From Mycobacterium sp. (lineage in GTDB: Bacteria; Actinomycetota; Actinomycetes; Mycobacteriales; Mycobacteriaceae), in assembly GCA_035633495.1 (NCBI GenBank), contig DASQEU010000143.1: a stretch of DNA of 64,000 nucleotides; one strand, 5' to 3'. Positions 50,672 to 60,861 of this stretch are shown here, piece after piece (position 1 is the stretch's first letter; every line of letters starts with the position of its first letter). The position numbers and the translations under genes are program-made. The notes below the pieces were generated by a model that was given only the letters and a program-made list of their open reading frames with translations, ran no database searches and was not told where the DNA came from.

Positions 50672-51714
50672 CGGCGCGGCCTGCCGGTGCCGGATCGCCG
50701 CTCGGCCCGGTTCAGCACTGGCGCTTCGGATCTGGCGTATGCGTCGACGATCTCGGACACCAGTCGGTGCCGGACCACGTCGGCGCTGGTGAGTTCGGAG
50801 AAGTGGATGTCGTCGATGTGATCCAGGATCTCCATCGCCGCGCGAAGACCCGACTTGGCGCCGTGCAGGTCGACCTGTGTCGAGTCACCCGTCACCACGA
50901 TCTTGGACCCGAACCCCAAGCGCGTCAGGAACATCTTCATCTGTTCGGGGGTGGTGTTCTGGGCCTCGTCGAGAATGATGAAGGCGTCGTTGAGGCTGCG
51001 ACCGCGCATGTACGCCAGCGGCGCGACCTCGATGACCCCGGCGCTCATCAGCTTCGGGATCAGCTCCGGATCCATCATGTCGTGCAGAGCGTCGTACAAC
51101 GGCCGCAGATAGGGGTCGATCTTCTCGCTCACCGTGCCGGGTAGGAAGCCGAGGCGTTCGCCGGCTTCCACGGCGGGGCGGGTCAGGATGATGCGCGAGA
51201 CCTGTTTGGTCTGAAGGGCGTTGACCGCCTTGGCCATCGCAAGGTAGGTCTTGCCGGTGCCTGCCGGGCCGATGCCGAACACGATGGTGTGCGCGTCGAT
51301 CGCGTCGACGTAACGCTTCTGGTTGAGCGTCTTGGGCCGAATCGTCTTGCCGCGCCGAGACAGAATGTCCAGCGTCAGCACCTCGGCCGGTGACTCGTTG
51401 CCAATGCCGGTCAGCATGCCGACACTGCGGCGCACGGCCTCCGGCGTCAGGGCCTGTCCGCCCGCCACGACGGCGATGAGCTCGGTCATGACTCGCTCGG
51501 CCAGCGCGACGTCGGCCGGCTCGCCGGACAGGGTCACGGCGTTGCCGCGCACGTGGATGTCGGCGGTCAGCAAGCCTTCCAAGGCACGCAGATTCTCGTC
51601 AGCGGAACCGAGTAGGCCCACCACGAGGTCGGGCGGCACGTTGATGTTGCTGCGTACATTGCTGTTGCTTCGCACGGTGCTGTCCGAGGCGGCATTCGTC
51701 TCGCGGGGAGTCAC
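50668..51714 (-). CDS. phoH: PhoH-family ATPase (PhoH1)
   Basis: [36 protein letters not shown]. Confidence 0.95.
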   Translation of the reverse strand: MTPRETNAASDSTVRSNSNVRSNINVPPDLVVGLLGSADENLRALEGLLTADIHVRGNAVTLSGEPADVALAERVMTELIAVVAGGQALTPEAVRRSVGMLTGIGNESPAEVLTLDILSRRGKTIRPKTLNQKRYVDAIDAHTIVFGIGPAGTGKTYLAMAKAVNALQTKQVSRIILTRPAVEAGERLGFLPGTVSEKIDPYLRPLYDALHDMMDPELIPKLMSAGVIEVAPLAYMRGRSLNDAFIILDEAQNTTPEQMKMFLTRLGFGSKIVVTGDSTQVDLHGAKSGLRAAMEILDHIDDIHFSELTSADVVRHRLVSEIVDAYARSEAPVLNRAERRSGTGRPRR

Positions 51715-51799
51715 GTGGTGTTCAGTGCCTGCTTTCCGTGGCTCAGGTCGTGGGTGTGCTTGCGTCAGCTTACCGCTGGTCACCGTCGCATCCCAAAGA

Positions 51800-51830
51800 A
51801 GAAGGGGCACCCGCACCGGGTGCCCCTTCT
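51800..51830 (-). terminator. Intrinsic terminator hairpin
   Basis: Perfect 14-bp stem AGAAGGGGCACCCG/CGGGTGCCCCTTCT with a 3-nt loop, followed by TCTTT on the minus strand just after the 51846 stop. Confidence 0.8.
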
Positions 51831-51845
51831 CGAGTTGAACCTGTG

Positions 51846-52073
51846 TCAGCGGCTCTGCTGCACGGTCGTGTCGACCTGCGGGACGGTGACGTCCGGGTGG
51901 ATCGTGTTGATCCACTGGTTGTGGTCGACGCCGGTGGAGTACCCGGGCAGTTCCGCGACCGGCAGGGCCTCGGCGAATGCGGTGGCCTGGATCGGAGACG
52001 CAACGCCGAGGATCCCGGCGGTGAGTCCGCTCGCAACGATGGCGGCAAATCCGAACTTCTTCATTTTCTTCAT
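51846..52073 (-). CDS. Small secreted protein
   Basis: MKKFGFAAIVASGLTAGILG signal peptide and a DHNQWINTIHP..VPQVDTTVQQSR tail. GGAAGAA RBS. Confidence 0.75.
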   Translation of the reverse strand: MKKMKKFGFAAIVASGLTAGILGVASPIQATAFAEALPVAELPGYSTGVDHNQWINTIHPDVTVPQVDTTVQQSR

Positions 52074-52206
52074 TTCTTCTTCCGTGCCCTCTGTGGTGTC
52101 TGTCGACCGGCGGTAGAGCCTTCCATCCGGCCTGACAGATCAAACGCAATGCTCAGGGGTTTGATTCCGATGGCGGTAATTGGTTGCCGAATGGCAGTAA
52201 TCAAGG

Positions 52207-52956
52207 TCAGATGCGCCAGCGGGCGGTCAGCACGCCGAGTGCGCCAAGCGTCACGGCAGCCGCCGATGTGGTCCGCAGCACACTTGGCCCGAGGCGTACG
52301 GTGATGGCGCCCGCGCCGGTCAGCAGGCCCAACTCATCGTCGCCGATGCCGCCCTCGGGACCGACGATCAGCATCACCGATTTAGCGTCGGTCAGCCCCA
52401 CCGCGGCCAGGGGCTCTGTCGCGGACTCGTGCAGCACCAGCACGACCGATCGGCTCGGGGCAGCCCCGACCCGTGCGGCCAGTTCCGTCGTGGACACCAG
52501 CGACGTGACCGGCGGGACGTACGGTCTGCGGGACTGCCTGGCCGCCGAGCGCGCCACCGCCTGCCAGCGGTGCAGGCCCTTCTCCGCCTTCGCCGAACCG
52601 TCCCAACGGGCCACGCAGCGGTCCGACTGCCAGGCCACGAACGCGTCGGCGCCCGCTTCGGTGGCAAGCTCGATCGCCAACTCGGACCGGTCGGACTTGG
52701 GCAGCGCCTGCACGACGGTGACCGTGGGAGATGGCGGCGCAACGGTGCGCCTGCTCACCACGCGGGTCATCAGGCTGCCCTTCGCGACGCCCTCGACGAC
52801 CACGTGCGCCACCGCGCCTGCGCCATCGCCGAGATCGAGCTCCTCACCGACCCGGATGCGCCGCACGCTGGCGGCGTGAAAACCCTCGTCGCCGTCGACG
52901 ACGGTGAGCTCACCGACGTCGGACAGCGCATCGACGTAGAACAGCGCGCGACTCAC
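52207..52956 (-). CDS. rsmE: 16S rRNA m3U1498 methyltransferase
   Basis: [35 protein letters not shown]. Confidence 0.93.
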   Translation of the reverse strand: MSRALFYVDALSDVGELTVVDGDEGFHAASVRRIRVGEELDLGDGAGAVAHVVVEGVAKGSLMTRVVSRRTVAPPSPTVTVVQALPKSDRSELAIELATEAGADAFVAWQSDRCVARWDGSAKAEKGLHRWQAVARSAARQSRRPYVPPVTSLVSTTELAARVGAAPSRSVVLVLHESATEPLAAVGLTDAKSVMLIVGPEGGIGDDELGLLTGAGAITVRLGPSVLRTTSAAAVTLGALGVLTARWRI

Positions 52957-52972
52957 TGCGGCCCGAGCCGAC

Positions 52973-54133
52973 CTACCGGCCGGTGAACGTCTCGCGCAGC
53001 CGGCTGAATAGCCCGCCGCCCGACGGCGCCGCGTGCGTGGACTTGACCTCGGCCACGTCGCGGACGCGATGCTCCTTGAGCTTCTGCAGTAGGTCCGCGT
53101 CCTGCTGGTCGAGACGCGACGGCACCACCACCTCGATGTGGGCGTGCAGGTTGCCGCGAACGCCGGTCCGCACGTTGGGCATCCCGTGGCCGCGCAAGGT
53201 CGTGACGGCGCCGGGTTGAGTGCCCGCGACGACGTCGACGTCGGTCGGCCCGTCGAGGATCGCGTCGACCGAGACCTTGGTGCCGAGCGCCGCGTCGACC
53301 ATCGGCACCGACACGCTGAAGTGCAGGTCGTCGCCGTCGCGAATGAAGATGTCATGGGGTTGTTCGTGGACCTCGACGTGCAGGTCGCCCGCCGGGCCGC
53401 CGCCGGGACCGACTTCGCCCTGGGCCGCCAGCCGCACCCGCATGCCGTCGCCGACACCGGGCGGGATCTTCACGCTGATCTCCCGTCGCGCCCGCACCCG
53501 TCCGTCGCCTCCGCAGCGGTGGCACGGATCGGGGATGACCTCGCCGACGCCCGCGCACACCGGGCACGGACGTGACGTCATCACCTGTCCGAGCAACGAC
53601 CGCTGCACGGACTGGACCTCGCCCCGGCCGTGGCAGGTGTCGCAGGTGGCCGGCGTGGAGTTGCCGTGGGTGCCATTGCCCTGGCACATGTCGCACAGGA
53701 TCGCGGTGTCCACGGTCACGTGCTTGGTGACACCGGTCGCGCACTCCGACAGGTCGAGCCGCATCCGCAGCAGCGAATCGGATCCCGGCCGCACCCGACC
53801 GACCGGCCCGCGGCCACCGCCACCGCCGCCGCCGAAGAACGCCTCGAACACGTCGCCGAGGCCACCGAAACCGGCGCCGCCGAACCCGCCGCTGAAGCCG
53901 TTGCCCGCGCCGGCGCCCTCCATCGGATCGCCACCGAGGTCGACGATGCGGCGCTTCTCCGGGTCGTTCAACACCTCGTAGGCGACGCTGATGTCCTTGA
54001 ACTTGGCTTGCGCCTCTTCGTCGGGGTTGACGTCGGGATGCAGTTCACGCGCGAGCTTGCGATACGCGCGCTTGATCTCCGAATCGCTCGCACCCTTGCT
54101 CACACCGAGCAGGCCGTAATAATCGCGTGCCAC
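52973..54133 (-). CDS. dnaJ: Chaperone DnaJ (DnaJ2)
   Basis: J domain with HPD and four CxxCxGxG repeats. Confidence 0.97.
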   Translation of the reverse strand: MARDYYGLLGVSKGASDSEIKRAYRKLARELHPDVNPDEEAQAKFKDISVAYEVLNDPEKRRIVDLGGDPMEGAGAGNGFSGGFGGAGFGGLGDVFEAFFGGGGGGGRGPVGRVRPGSDSLLRMRLDLSECATGVTKHVTVDTAILCDMCQGNGTHGNSTPATCDTCHGRGEVQSVQRSLLGQVMTSRPCPVCAGVGEVIPDPCHRCGGDGRVRARREISVKIPPGVGDGMRVRLAAQGEVGPGGGPAGDLHVEVHEQPHDIFIRDGDDLHFSVSVPMVDAALGTKVSVDAILDGPTDVDVVAGTQPGAVTTLRGHGMPNVRTGVRGNLHAHIEVVVPSRLDQQDADLLQKLKEHRVRDVAEVKSTHAAPSGGGLFSRLRETFTGR

Positions 54134-54188
54134 GCCAAAACCCTTCTTAGCCCTCTTCAAGCCGCACTTGCGGTCCGTGCCGACGCCC

Positions 54189-55220
54189 CTAGCGGGCGCC
54201 CAACACTTCGCCTATGTACAAAGCAACCGCTGCAACGTTGGCAATGGTTCCCGGATAGTCCATTCGAGTGGGCCCCACCACACCCATGCCGCCGAACACC
54301 TTGCCCGAGCTGCCGTACGCGGTGCTCACCACCGACGTCCCAGCCATCTGCTCGGCCGCGGTCTCGTGTCCGATGCGCACGGTTACCTTACCGGCCTCCT
54401 GCTGGACGGCCAGCAATCGCAGTACGACCACCTGCTCCTCCAGTGCTTCGAGCACCGATCGCAGGGAACCGCCGAAGTCAGCGGTGTTGTGGGTCAGATT
54501 GGCCGTCCCACCGTGGAGCAAACGTTCCTCGCTGTGTTCGACCAGGGTTTCGACGAGGACGGTCGCCGACCGCCCCACGGCGTTGCCAAGCCCGCCGTGA
54601 CCGACCAGCTGAGACGCCAGGTCCGAGACCGCGATCGAGGCCGTCGTGACGGGCTTGCCCTCGAGCGCCTGACCGAGTCGCTCGCGCAACTGCGCCAGTT
54701 CCACGTCGCCGATGGCGTCGCCGAGCTCGACGATCCGCTGGTCGACTCGACCGGAGTCGGTGATGACCACCAGAAGTAGTCGGGCGGGCGTGAGCGCAAC
54801 GACTTCCAGATGGCGGACCATGGACCTCGACAGCGTCGGATACTGCACGATCGCCACCTGCCGGGTGAGCTGGGCCAGCAGCTTCACCGCGCGGCGCAGT
54901 ACGTCGTCGAGGTCGACACCCGACTCCAGGAACGTGAGGATGGCGCGACGCTCGCTCGATGACATCGGCTTGACGTCGTCCAACCGGTCGACGAACTCGC
55001 GGTAACCCTTCTCGGTGGGCACCCGACCCGAGCTGGTGTGCGGTTGCGCGATGTAGCCCTCGGCTTCGAGGACGGCCATGTCGTTGCGCACGGTCGCACT
55101 CGACACGCCCAGATTGTGGCGCTCTACGAGGCTCTTCGAGCCGATGGGCTCCTTGGTGGACACGAAGTCGGCGACGATGGCGCGAAGCACCTCGAAGCGA
55201 CGGTCATCGGCAGTACCCAT
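54189..55220 (-). CDS. hrcA: Heat-inducible transcription repressor
   Basis: [37 protein letters not shown]. Confidence 0.97.
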   Translation of the reverse strand: MGTADDRRFEVLRAIVADFVSTKEPIGSKSLVERHNLGVSSATVRNDMAVLEAEGYIAQPHTSSGRVPTEKGYREFVDRLDDVKPMSSSERRAILTFLESGVDLDDVLRRAVKLLAQLTRQVAIVQYPTLSRSMVRHLEVVALTPARLLLVVITDSGRVDQRIVELGDAIGDVELAQLRERLGQALEGKPVTTASIAVSDLASQLVGHGGLGNAVGRSATVLVETLVEHSEERLLHGGTANLTHNTADFGGSLRSVLEALEEQVVVLRLLAVQQEAGKVTVRIGHETAAEQMAGTSVVSTAYGSSGKVFGGMGVVGPTRMDYPGTIANVAAVALYIGEVLGAR

Positions 55221-55329
55221 GGTTCACCTCCCAGTTCGTTTCATTTTACGTTGACCAGCAGCACCGACGCCCCGCGACGCCACGCCGCGCCTCCGGATAA
55301 CCTCGGTGCATGCCCGGGACGACCAGCCG

Positions 55330-55644
55330 ATGATCTTCAAGGGCGTCCGCGATGGCAAACCGTATCCGGACCATGGTCTGTCCTACCGGCAGTGGGCTCA
55401 GATCCCGCCCCGGCAGATCCGCCTCGACGAGTTGGTGACCACGACGACGGTGCTGGCGCTCGATCGCCTGCTGTCGGAGGATTCGACGTTCTACGGCGAC
55501 CTGTTCCCGCACGCCGTGCGGTGGGAGGGCGTCATCTACCTCGAAGACGGTGTGCACCAGGCGGTCCGGGCCGCGTTGCGCAACCGGCCGGTGCTGCACG
55601 CCAGGGTCTACGACATGGACCTTCCGCTGTCCGAACAGACCTAA
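55330..55644 (+). CDS. Conserved actinobacterial protein (Rv2375-like)
   Basis: MIFKGVRDGKPYPDHG..LSEDSTFYGDLFPHAV..YLEDG. Confidence 0.85.
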   Translation: MIFKGVRDGKPYPDHGLSYRQWAQIPPRQIRLDELVTTTTVLALDRLLSEDSTFYGDLFPHAVRWEGVIYLEDGVHQAVRAALRNRPVLHARVYDMDLPLSEQT

Positions 55645-55647
55645 TCG

Positions 55648-55716
55648 CCTGCGCCGAACGGCCAGTTATTCGCCGCTTTTCGCCTCGAGGCGCGCGAAAT
55701 GTGGCCACTCGGCAGG
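55648..55716. repeat. Imperfect ~65-nt palindrome between convergent genes (REP-like)
   Basis: Arms GCCGAACGGCCA and TGGCCACTCGGC (reverse complement GCCGAGTGGCCA), followed by AGGAG. Confidence 0.55.
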
Positions 55717-55726
55717 AGTATCACAG

Positions 55727-56878
55727 CTAATCCAGTAGGTCGCGCACGACGGCGTCGGCGAGCAGGCGACCGTGGTCGGTCAGCACCAGACGGTCGGCCG
55801 AACGGTTCACCAGACCGTCGGCGATCGCGGCATCTGCCCGCGTTGCCTCGTCTGCGCTCAGTGCGTCCAGCGGCAGCCCCCGGCGCAGCCGAAGACGCAG
55901 CATGACGTCCTCGGTGTGGCGGGCCGCGTCGTCCAGACTCTCGGAATCCGCGACGGGTAGTTGTCCGTCGGCGAGGGATTGCGCATAGGCGTTGGGGTGC
56001 TTGACATTCCACCAACGCGTGGTGTCGACGTAACCGTGCGCGCCCGGCCCCGCACCCCACCACTCGCCACCGTCCCAGTAGCCGAGATTGTGTCGACACT
56101 CCCCGCCGGGCAGGCTCCAGTTGGACACCTCGTACCAGTCGAAGCCCGCGGCCGACAGTCGCGCGTCGAGCAGTTCGTAGCGCGCCGCGAGCACGTCGTC
56201 ATCGGGCGCAGGCAGCTCGCCGCGGCGCACTCGCCGGGCCAGGGCCGTGCCCTGCTCGACCACCAGCGCGTAGGCCGACACGTGGTCGACGCCGGCACCG
56301 ATCGCGGCGTCGACCGAGCGGCACAGATCGTCGTCGGTCTCCCCCGGCGTGCCGTAGATGAGATCGAGGTTGACGTGTTCGAAGCCCTCGGCGCGGGCGT
56401 CGGCGGCCGCGGCCAGCGCACGCCCCGGCGAGTGCACCCGGTCCAGCGCGGCGAGCACGTGCGGAGCAACCGACTGCATGCCCAGCGACAGGCGCGTGAA
56501 CCCCGCGCTCCGCAGCTGTCCGAGCAGCTCGGGCGACGTCGACTCGGGGTTGGCCTCCGTCGTCACCTCGGCACCGGCGGCCAGGACGAGGTTCGCGCGA
56601 ATCGCGCCCATCACGGCGGCAAGCCGTTCCCCACCCAACATCGACGGCGTACCGCCACCGACGAACACGGTCGACACCTCCGGAAGGGATCCCCGCGACG
56701 CCAGCCTTGCCGCCGCCAGCTCCAGCTCGATCCGCAGGGCCTCGAGCCAGCCGTCGGGGTTCGCGCCACCGAGTTCGGCGGCCGTGTAGGTGTTGAAGTC
56801 GCAATACCCGCAGCGGGTGGCGCAGAACGGCACGTGAACATATATGCCGAACGGCCGAGCACGGGGTCCAGCAGTCAT
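55727..56878 (-). CDS. hemW: Radical SAM heme chaperone HemW (HemN-like)
   Basis: YVHVPFCATRCGYCDF (CxxxCxxC), VFVGGGTPS, EANP, YEVSNW. Confidence 0.93.
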   Translation of the reverse strand: MTAGPRARPFGIYVHVPFCATRCGYCDFNTYTAAELGGANPDGWLEALRIELELAAARLASRGSLPEVSTVFVGGGTPSMLGGERLAAVMGAIRANLVLAAGAEVTTEANPESTSPELLGQLRSAGFTRLSLGMQSVAPHVLAALDRVHSPGRALAAAADARAEGFEHVNLDLIYGTPGETDDDLCRSVDAAIGAGVDHVSAYALVVEQGTALARRVRRGELPAPDDDVLAARYELLDARLSAAGFDWYEVSNWSLPGGECRHNLGYWDGGEWWGAGPGAHGYVDTTRWWNVKHPNAYAQSLADGQLPVADSESLDDAARHTEDVMLRLRLRRGLPLDALSADEATRADAAIADGLVNRSADRLVLTDHGRLLADAVVRDLLD

Positions 56879-56971
56879 CCGACCAGTCTTGCAGAGCGGA
56901 CTCTTGCGCACACTGAGCGAAAGAATGGCCCGATTGCGGCCGGTAGTTGCTTTCGTGGCAGAATGTCGAGC

Positions 56972-57067
56972 GTGACCGCCGTCCGCAACTCGACCACCCG
57001 CGTATCGCTCGTGGTCCGGCGGCATGTCGACTTCAAGCGCGTTTGCAGCTGTTGCTGTCTGCCTTGA
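56972..57067 (+). CDS. Cys-rich leader peptide (cysteine-responsive attenuator) upstream of sirA
   Basis: VTAVRNSTTRVSLVVRRHVDFKRVCSCCCLP*. A CAGAAT -10-like hexamer lies 7 nt before the GTG, consistent with a leaderless mRNA. Confidence 0.8.
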   Translation: MTAVRNSTTRVSLVVRRHVDFKRVCSCCCLP

Positions 57068-57181
57068 CGCCGTAGACCTGTCCACCTGTATTTTCAGCTG
57101 GCCGCCGGATCTGCGCCGCCGGACAGCCACCGGTGACCACGCGCGATCCTCACGCCGGCTTCCTCCTGAAGGGGCCATCGC

Positions 57182-58873
57182 ATGACCCAAGCAGACGCCA
57201 AGCCTGCCTCGACGCCCAAGCCCGCCAAGCGCCCCAAGGGCGAAGGCCAGTGGGCGCTCGGCTACCGCGAGCCGCTGAACGCCAACGAGCAGTCCAAGAA
57301 GGACGACAATCCGCTCAACGTGCGGGCCCGCATCGAGAACATCTACGCCAAGGGCGGTTTCGAGAGCATCGACAAGGGTGACCTCCGCGGCCGGTTCCGC
57401 TGGTGGGGGCTCTACACGCAACGCAGGCCGGGCTATGACGGCACCTGGACCGGCGACGACAACACCGACATGCTCGAGGACGAGTACTTCATGCTGCGGG
57501 TCCGTTGCGACGGTGGCGCGTTGAGCGCGGCAGCGTTGCGCACCCTCGGCGGGATCTCCACCGAGTTCGGCCGCGACACCGCCGACATCTCCGACCGCGA
57601 GAACGTCCAGTATCACTGGATTCGCATCGAGGACATGCCGGAGATCTGGAAGCGTCTGGACGCCGTCGGGCTGCAGACCACCGAGGCGTGCGGCGACTGC
57701 CCGCGCGTGGTGCTCGGGTCACCGCTGGCCGGCGACTCGCTGGACGAGGTGATCGACGGGACCCCCGCGATCGACGAGATCGTGCGCCGCTACATCGGCA
57801 AGAAGGAGTACTCCAACCTGCCGCGAAAGTTCAAGACCGCGATCTCGGGTCTGCAGGACGTCGTGCACGAGGTCAACGACGTGGCGTTCATCGGTGTCGA
57901 GCACCCCGAGCACGGCCCCGGTTTCGACGTCTGGGTCGGCGGCGGCCTGTCGACCAACCCGATGCTGGGACAGCGCCTGGGCGCCTGGGTGCCACTCGCC
58001 GAGGTGCCCGACGTGTGGGAGGCGGTGGTGTCGGCGTTCCGCGACTACGGCTACCGCAGGCTGCGCGCCAAGGCACGTTTGAAGTTCCTGATCAAGGACT
58101 GGGGCGTAGAGAAGTTTCGTGACGTTCTCGAGACGGAGTACTTGAAGCGACCGCTGATCGACGGGCCCGCACCCGAACCCGTCGCGCGTCCCATCGACCA
58201 CGTCGGCGTCCAGCGCCTCAAGAACGGCCTGAACGCCGTCGGCGTCGCGCCCATCGCCGGGCGGGTGTCCGGCACCATCCTGTCCAAGGTGGCCGACCTC
58301 GCCGAGTCGGTGGGCTCGGACCGCATCCGCTTCACCCCGTACCAGAAGCTGATCATCCTCGACGTGCCCGATGACAAGATCAGCGAGTTGACCGTGGGTC
58401 TGGACACCCTCGGCCTGCCGTCACGTCCATCGCACTGGCGGCGAAACCTGATGGCCTGCACCGGCATCGAGTTCTGCAAGCTGTCGTTCGCCGAGACCCG
58501 CAAGCGCAGCCAGACGCTGGTGCCCGAGCTGGAGCAACGGCTCGAGGACGTCAACGCGCAGCTCGACGTCCCCGTGACCGTGAACATCAACGGCTGCCCC
58601 AACTCGTGCGCGCGCATCCAGGTTGCCGACATCGGCTTCAAGGGCCAGATGATCGACGACGGCGATGGTCCGGTCGAGGGGTTTCAGGTGCACCTCGGTG
58701 GCAGCCTGGGCCTGGACAGTGGATTCGGCCGCAAACTGCGCCAGCACAAGGTGACCAGCGCGGAGCTCGGTGACTACGTCGACAGGGTCGTTCGCAACTT
58801 CGTGAAACAACGCGAGGCCGGTGAGCGTTTCGCTGTCTGGGCTCTGAGAGCAGACGAGGCGGACTTGAGGTGA
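57182..58873 (+). CDS. sirA: Ferredoxin-dependent sulfite reductase
   Basis: RFRWWGLYTQ, NLPRKFK, siroheme/FeS motifs ACTGIEFCK and NGCPNSC. Confidence 0.93.
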   Translation: MTQADAKPASTPKPAKRPKGEGQWALGYREPLNANEQSKKDDNPLNVRARIENIYAKGGFESIDKGDLRGRFRWWGLYTQRRPGYDGTWTGDDNTDMLEDEYFMLRVRCDGGALSAAALRTLGGISTEFGRDTADISDRENVQYHWIRIEDMPEIWKRLDAVGLQTTEACGDCPRVVLGSPLAGDSLDEVIDGTPAIDEIVRRYIGKKEYSNLPRKFKTAISGLQDVVHEVNDVAFIGVEHPEHGPGFDVWVGGGLSTNPMLGQRLGAWVPLAEVPDVWEAVVSAFRDYGYRRLRAKARLKFLIKDWGVEKFRDVLETEYLKRPLIDGPAPEPVARPIDHVGVQRLKNGLNAVGVAPIAGRVSGTILSKVADLAESVGSDRIRFTPYQKLIILDVPDDKISELTVGLDTLGLPSRPSHWRRNLMACTGIEFCKLSFAETRKRSQTLVPELEQRLEDVNAQLDVPVTVNINGCPNSCARIQVADIGFKGQMIDDGDGPVEGFQVHLGGSLGLDSGFGRKLRQHKVTSAELGDYVDRVVRNFVKQREAGERFAVWALRADEADLR

Positions 58874-59577
58874 CTGACGTGACGACTACCGAGCGCGATC
58901 TGATCGAACTGGCGGAGCGCGGAGCGGCCGAACTGGAGGGCGCCGACGCGGAGGAGCTGCTGCGTTGGACCGACGAGCACTTCGGCGGCGAGTACGTGGT
59001 GGCCTCCAACATGCAGGACGCGGTCCTGGTCGCCATGGCCGCCAAGGTGCGTCCCGGTGTGGACGTGCTGTTCCTCGACACCGGCTACCACTTCGCGGAG
59101 ACCATCGGCACCCGTGACGCCGTCGAGGCCGTCTACGGCGTCAACGTGGTCAACGTGCTGCCGGAGAACAGTGTCGCCAAGCAGGACGAGCTGCTCGGCA
59201 AGGACCTGTTCGCGCGCGATCCGGCGGCATGCTGCCGGATGCGCAAGGTGGAACCACTGGGGAAGGCCCTGAAGGGCTACTCGGCGTGGGTGACCGGCAT
59301 TCGGCGCGTCGAGGCGCCGACGCGCGCGAACGCACCGCTGGTCAGCTACGACAAGGCGTTCGGCCTGATGAAGATCAACCCCATCGCGGAGTGGTCCGAC
59401 GACGACATGCAGGCCTACATCGACGCGAACGACATCCTCGTCAACCCGCTCGTCTTCGAGGGTTACCCGTCGATCGGCTGCGCACCGTGCACGGCGAAGC
59501 CGATCGAAGGCGCCGACTCACGCAGCGGCCGTTGGGCCGGCCAGTCGAAGACGGAATGCGGGCTGCACGCGTCGTGA
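58870..59577 (+). CDS. cysH: APS/PAPS reductase
   Basis: FLDTGYHF, CCRMRKVEPL, GYPSIGCAPCT, SKTECGLH. Confidence 0.95.
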   Translation: MTDVTTTERDLIELAERGAAELEGADAEELLRWTDEHFGGEYVVASNMQDAVLVAMAAKVRPGVDVLFLDTGYHFAETIGTRDAVEAVYGVNVVNVLPENSVAKQDELLGKDLFARDPAACCRMRKVEPLGKALKGYSAWVTGIRRVEAPTRANAPLVSYDKAFGLMKINPIAEWSDDDMQAYIDANDILVNPLVFEGYPSIGCAPCTAKPIEGADSRSGRWAGQSKTECGLHAS

Positions 59578-60290
59578 CCTCCATGATCCTTGCGGCTCAC
59601 GGCAGCGCGGATCCCCGTTCGTCTGCGGTCGCGGAGGCCCTAGCCGGAAGGATCCGCCGGCTGCGGCCCGGACTCGACGTCCGCGCCGCATTCCTGGAGA
59701 AGTCGGCGCCATACGTGGGCGACGTGCTCGCGGACGTCGCGCGTCGGCGTGGGTCGGCCGTCGTGGTGCCGATGTTGTTGGCCGACGCTCATCACGCCAG
59801 AGTCGATCTGCCCGCGGTGATCGAGCGTTCCGGGGCGGCCGCTCTTCAGTCCGAGGTTCTCGGCGAAGATCCGTCTCTCATCACGTTGCTCGGACAACGC
59901 CTCGCGCACGCCGGGGTGTCGCCCGATCAGCGGGACGTCGGGGTCGTCGTCGTGGCGGTGGGTTCTTCGCACGAGGCGGCGAATGCGCGCACGGCCGCGT
60001 TGGCCCCCGCGCTGGTGGCCAGAACGCGGTGGGCAGGCGTGGAGGTGGCCTACGCCACCGGGCCTCACCCGACCGTCGCCGAGGCGGCAATCCGACTGCG
60101 GAGTCGAGGGGCGCGCCGGCTCGTCGTCGCCCCGTGGTTCCTGGCCCACGGCCGCATCACCGACCGGGTGGCCGCATCCGCCACTGACCTCGGCATCCCG
60201 ATGGCCGATCCGCTCGGTGCCCACAATCTGGTCGCGGCCGCGCTGCTCGACCGATTCGACGAGACGCGTTCGGCACTGATCGCTGCTTGA
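59574..60290 (+). CDS. che1: Sirohydrochlorin chelatase (CbiX/SirB; Che1-like)
   Basis: AAHGSADPRS, VPMLLADAHHARVDLP, VAPWFLAHG. Confidence 0.85.
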   Translation: MTSMILAAHGSADPRSSAVAEALAGRIRRLRPGLDVRAAFLEKSAPYVGDVLADVARRRGSAVVVPMLLADAHHARVDLPAVIERSGAAALQSEVLGEDPSLITLLGQRLAHAGVSPDQRDVGVVVVAVGSSHEAANARTAALAPALVARTRWAGVEVAYATGPHPTVAEAAIRLRSRGARRLVVAPWFLAHGRITDRVAASATDLGIPMADPLGAHNLVAAALLDRFDETRSALIAA

Positions 60291-60515
60291 CAGTAACTGG
60301 CAGATCCTCCGGCCAACATCGCACACCGTCGGTCACGCCGGAGTTGTCAAGCTTGGGGCATCTTTTTCGGATGCACAGGCCGCCAAATGAACGCCGAAGC
60401 AATTTTCTACTCTGTTTGCTCGGCGTGTGGCATGATATCGACGTCGGTGCTCGTACGGTCCGATGAACGAAATAGTCAGATTCACACCATCACGGGGATT
60501 GGATAGGACAGCATC

Positions 60516-60782
60516 ATGAAGTCAGGTCGTTTGGGTCGCCGACTGGCCTTGGTAGCCGGAGGCAGCGCGGTCATTGCCATGGCCACGTTGACCGCTGGCT
60601 GTGGCGGCAGCGAGTCACCAAGCCCGTCCAGCACTACGACAACGACGACGACGTCGGTCGCCCCGTCACCTACGGAGAAGAGCATCACCCCCGGCGGGCC
60701 GAACAGCTTCTCGCCGCCAGTGAAGGCACCGCCGGCGCCGACGGGCGAGCCGGGAACCCACCGCAACGGCGGCGGGTCGTAG
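60516..60782 (+). CDS. Small Thr/Pro-rich lipoprotein
   Basis: Signal peptide with lipobox LTAG-C, a poly-Thr linker, and TEKSITPGGPNSFSP. Confidence 0.75.
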   Translation: MKSGRLGRRLALVAGGSAVIAMATLTAGCGGSESPSPSSTTTTTTTSVAPSPTEKSITPGGPNSFSPPVKAPPAPTGEPGTHRNGGGS

Positions 60783-60861
60783 GCCACGCGGCTCACGCAC
60801 GAAGTTCGTTCGCAGGGACGCCATGTGGATGGCGTCCCTGCGAATGGGTCGGGAATCATTG

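Noticed and set aside
55220-55330. CIRCE element upstream of hrcA-dnaJ
   Set aside because: No TTAGCACTC-N9-GAGTGCTAA-like inverted repeat is present.
56912-56962. Hairpin sharing CTGAGCG and GATTGCGGCC with the DUF559 right repeat
   Set aside because: The match is short and overlaps the divergent hemW/leader-peptide promoter region. It cannot be distinguished from chance.
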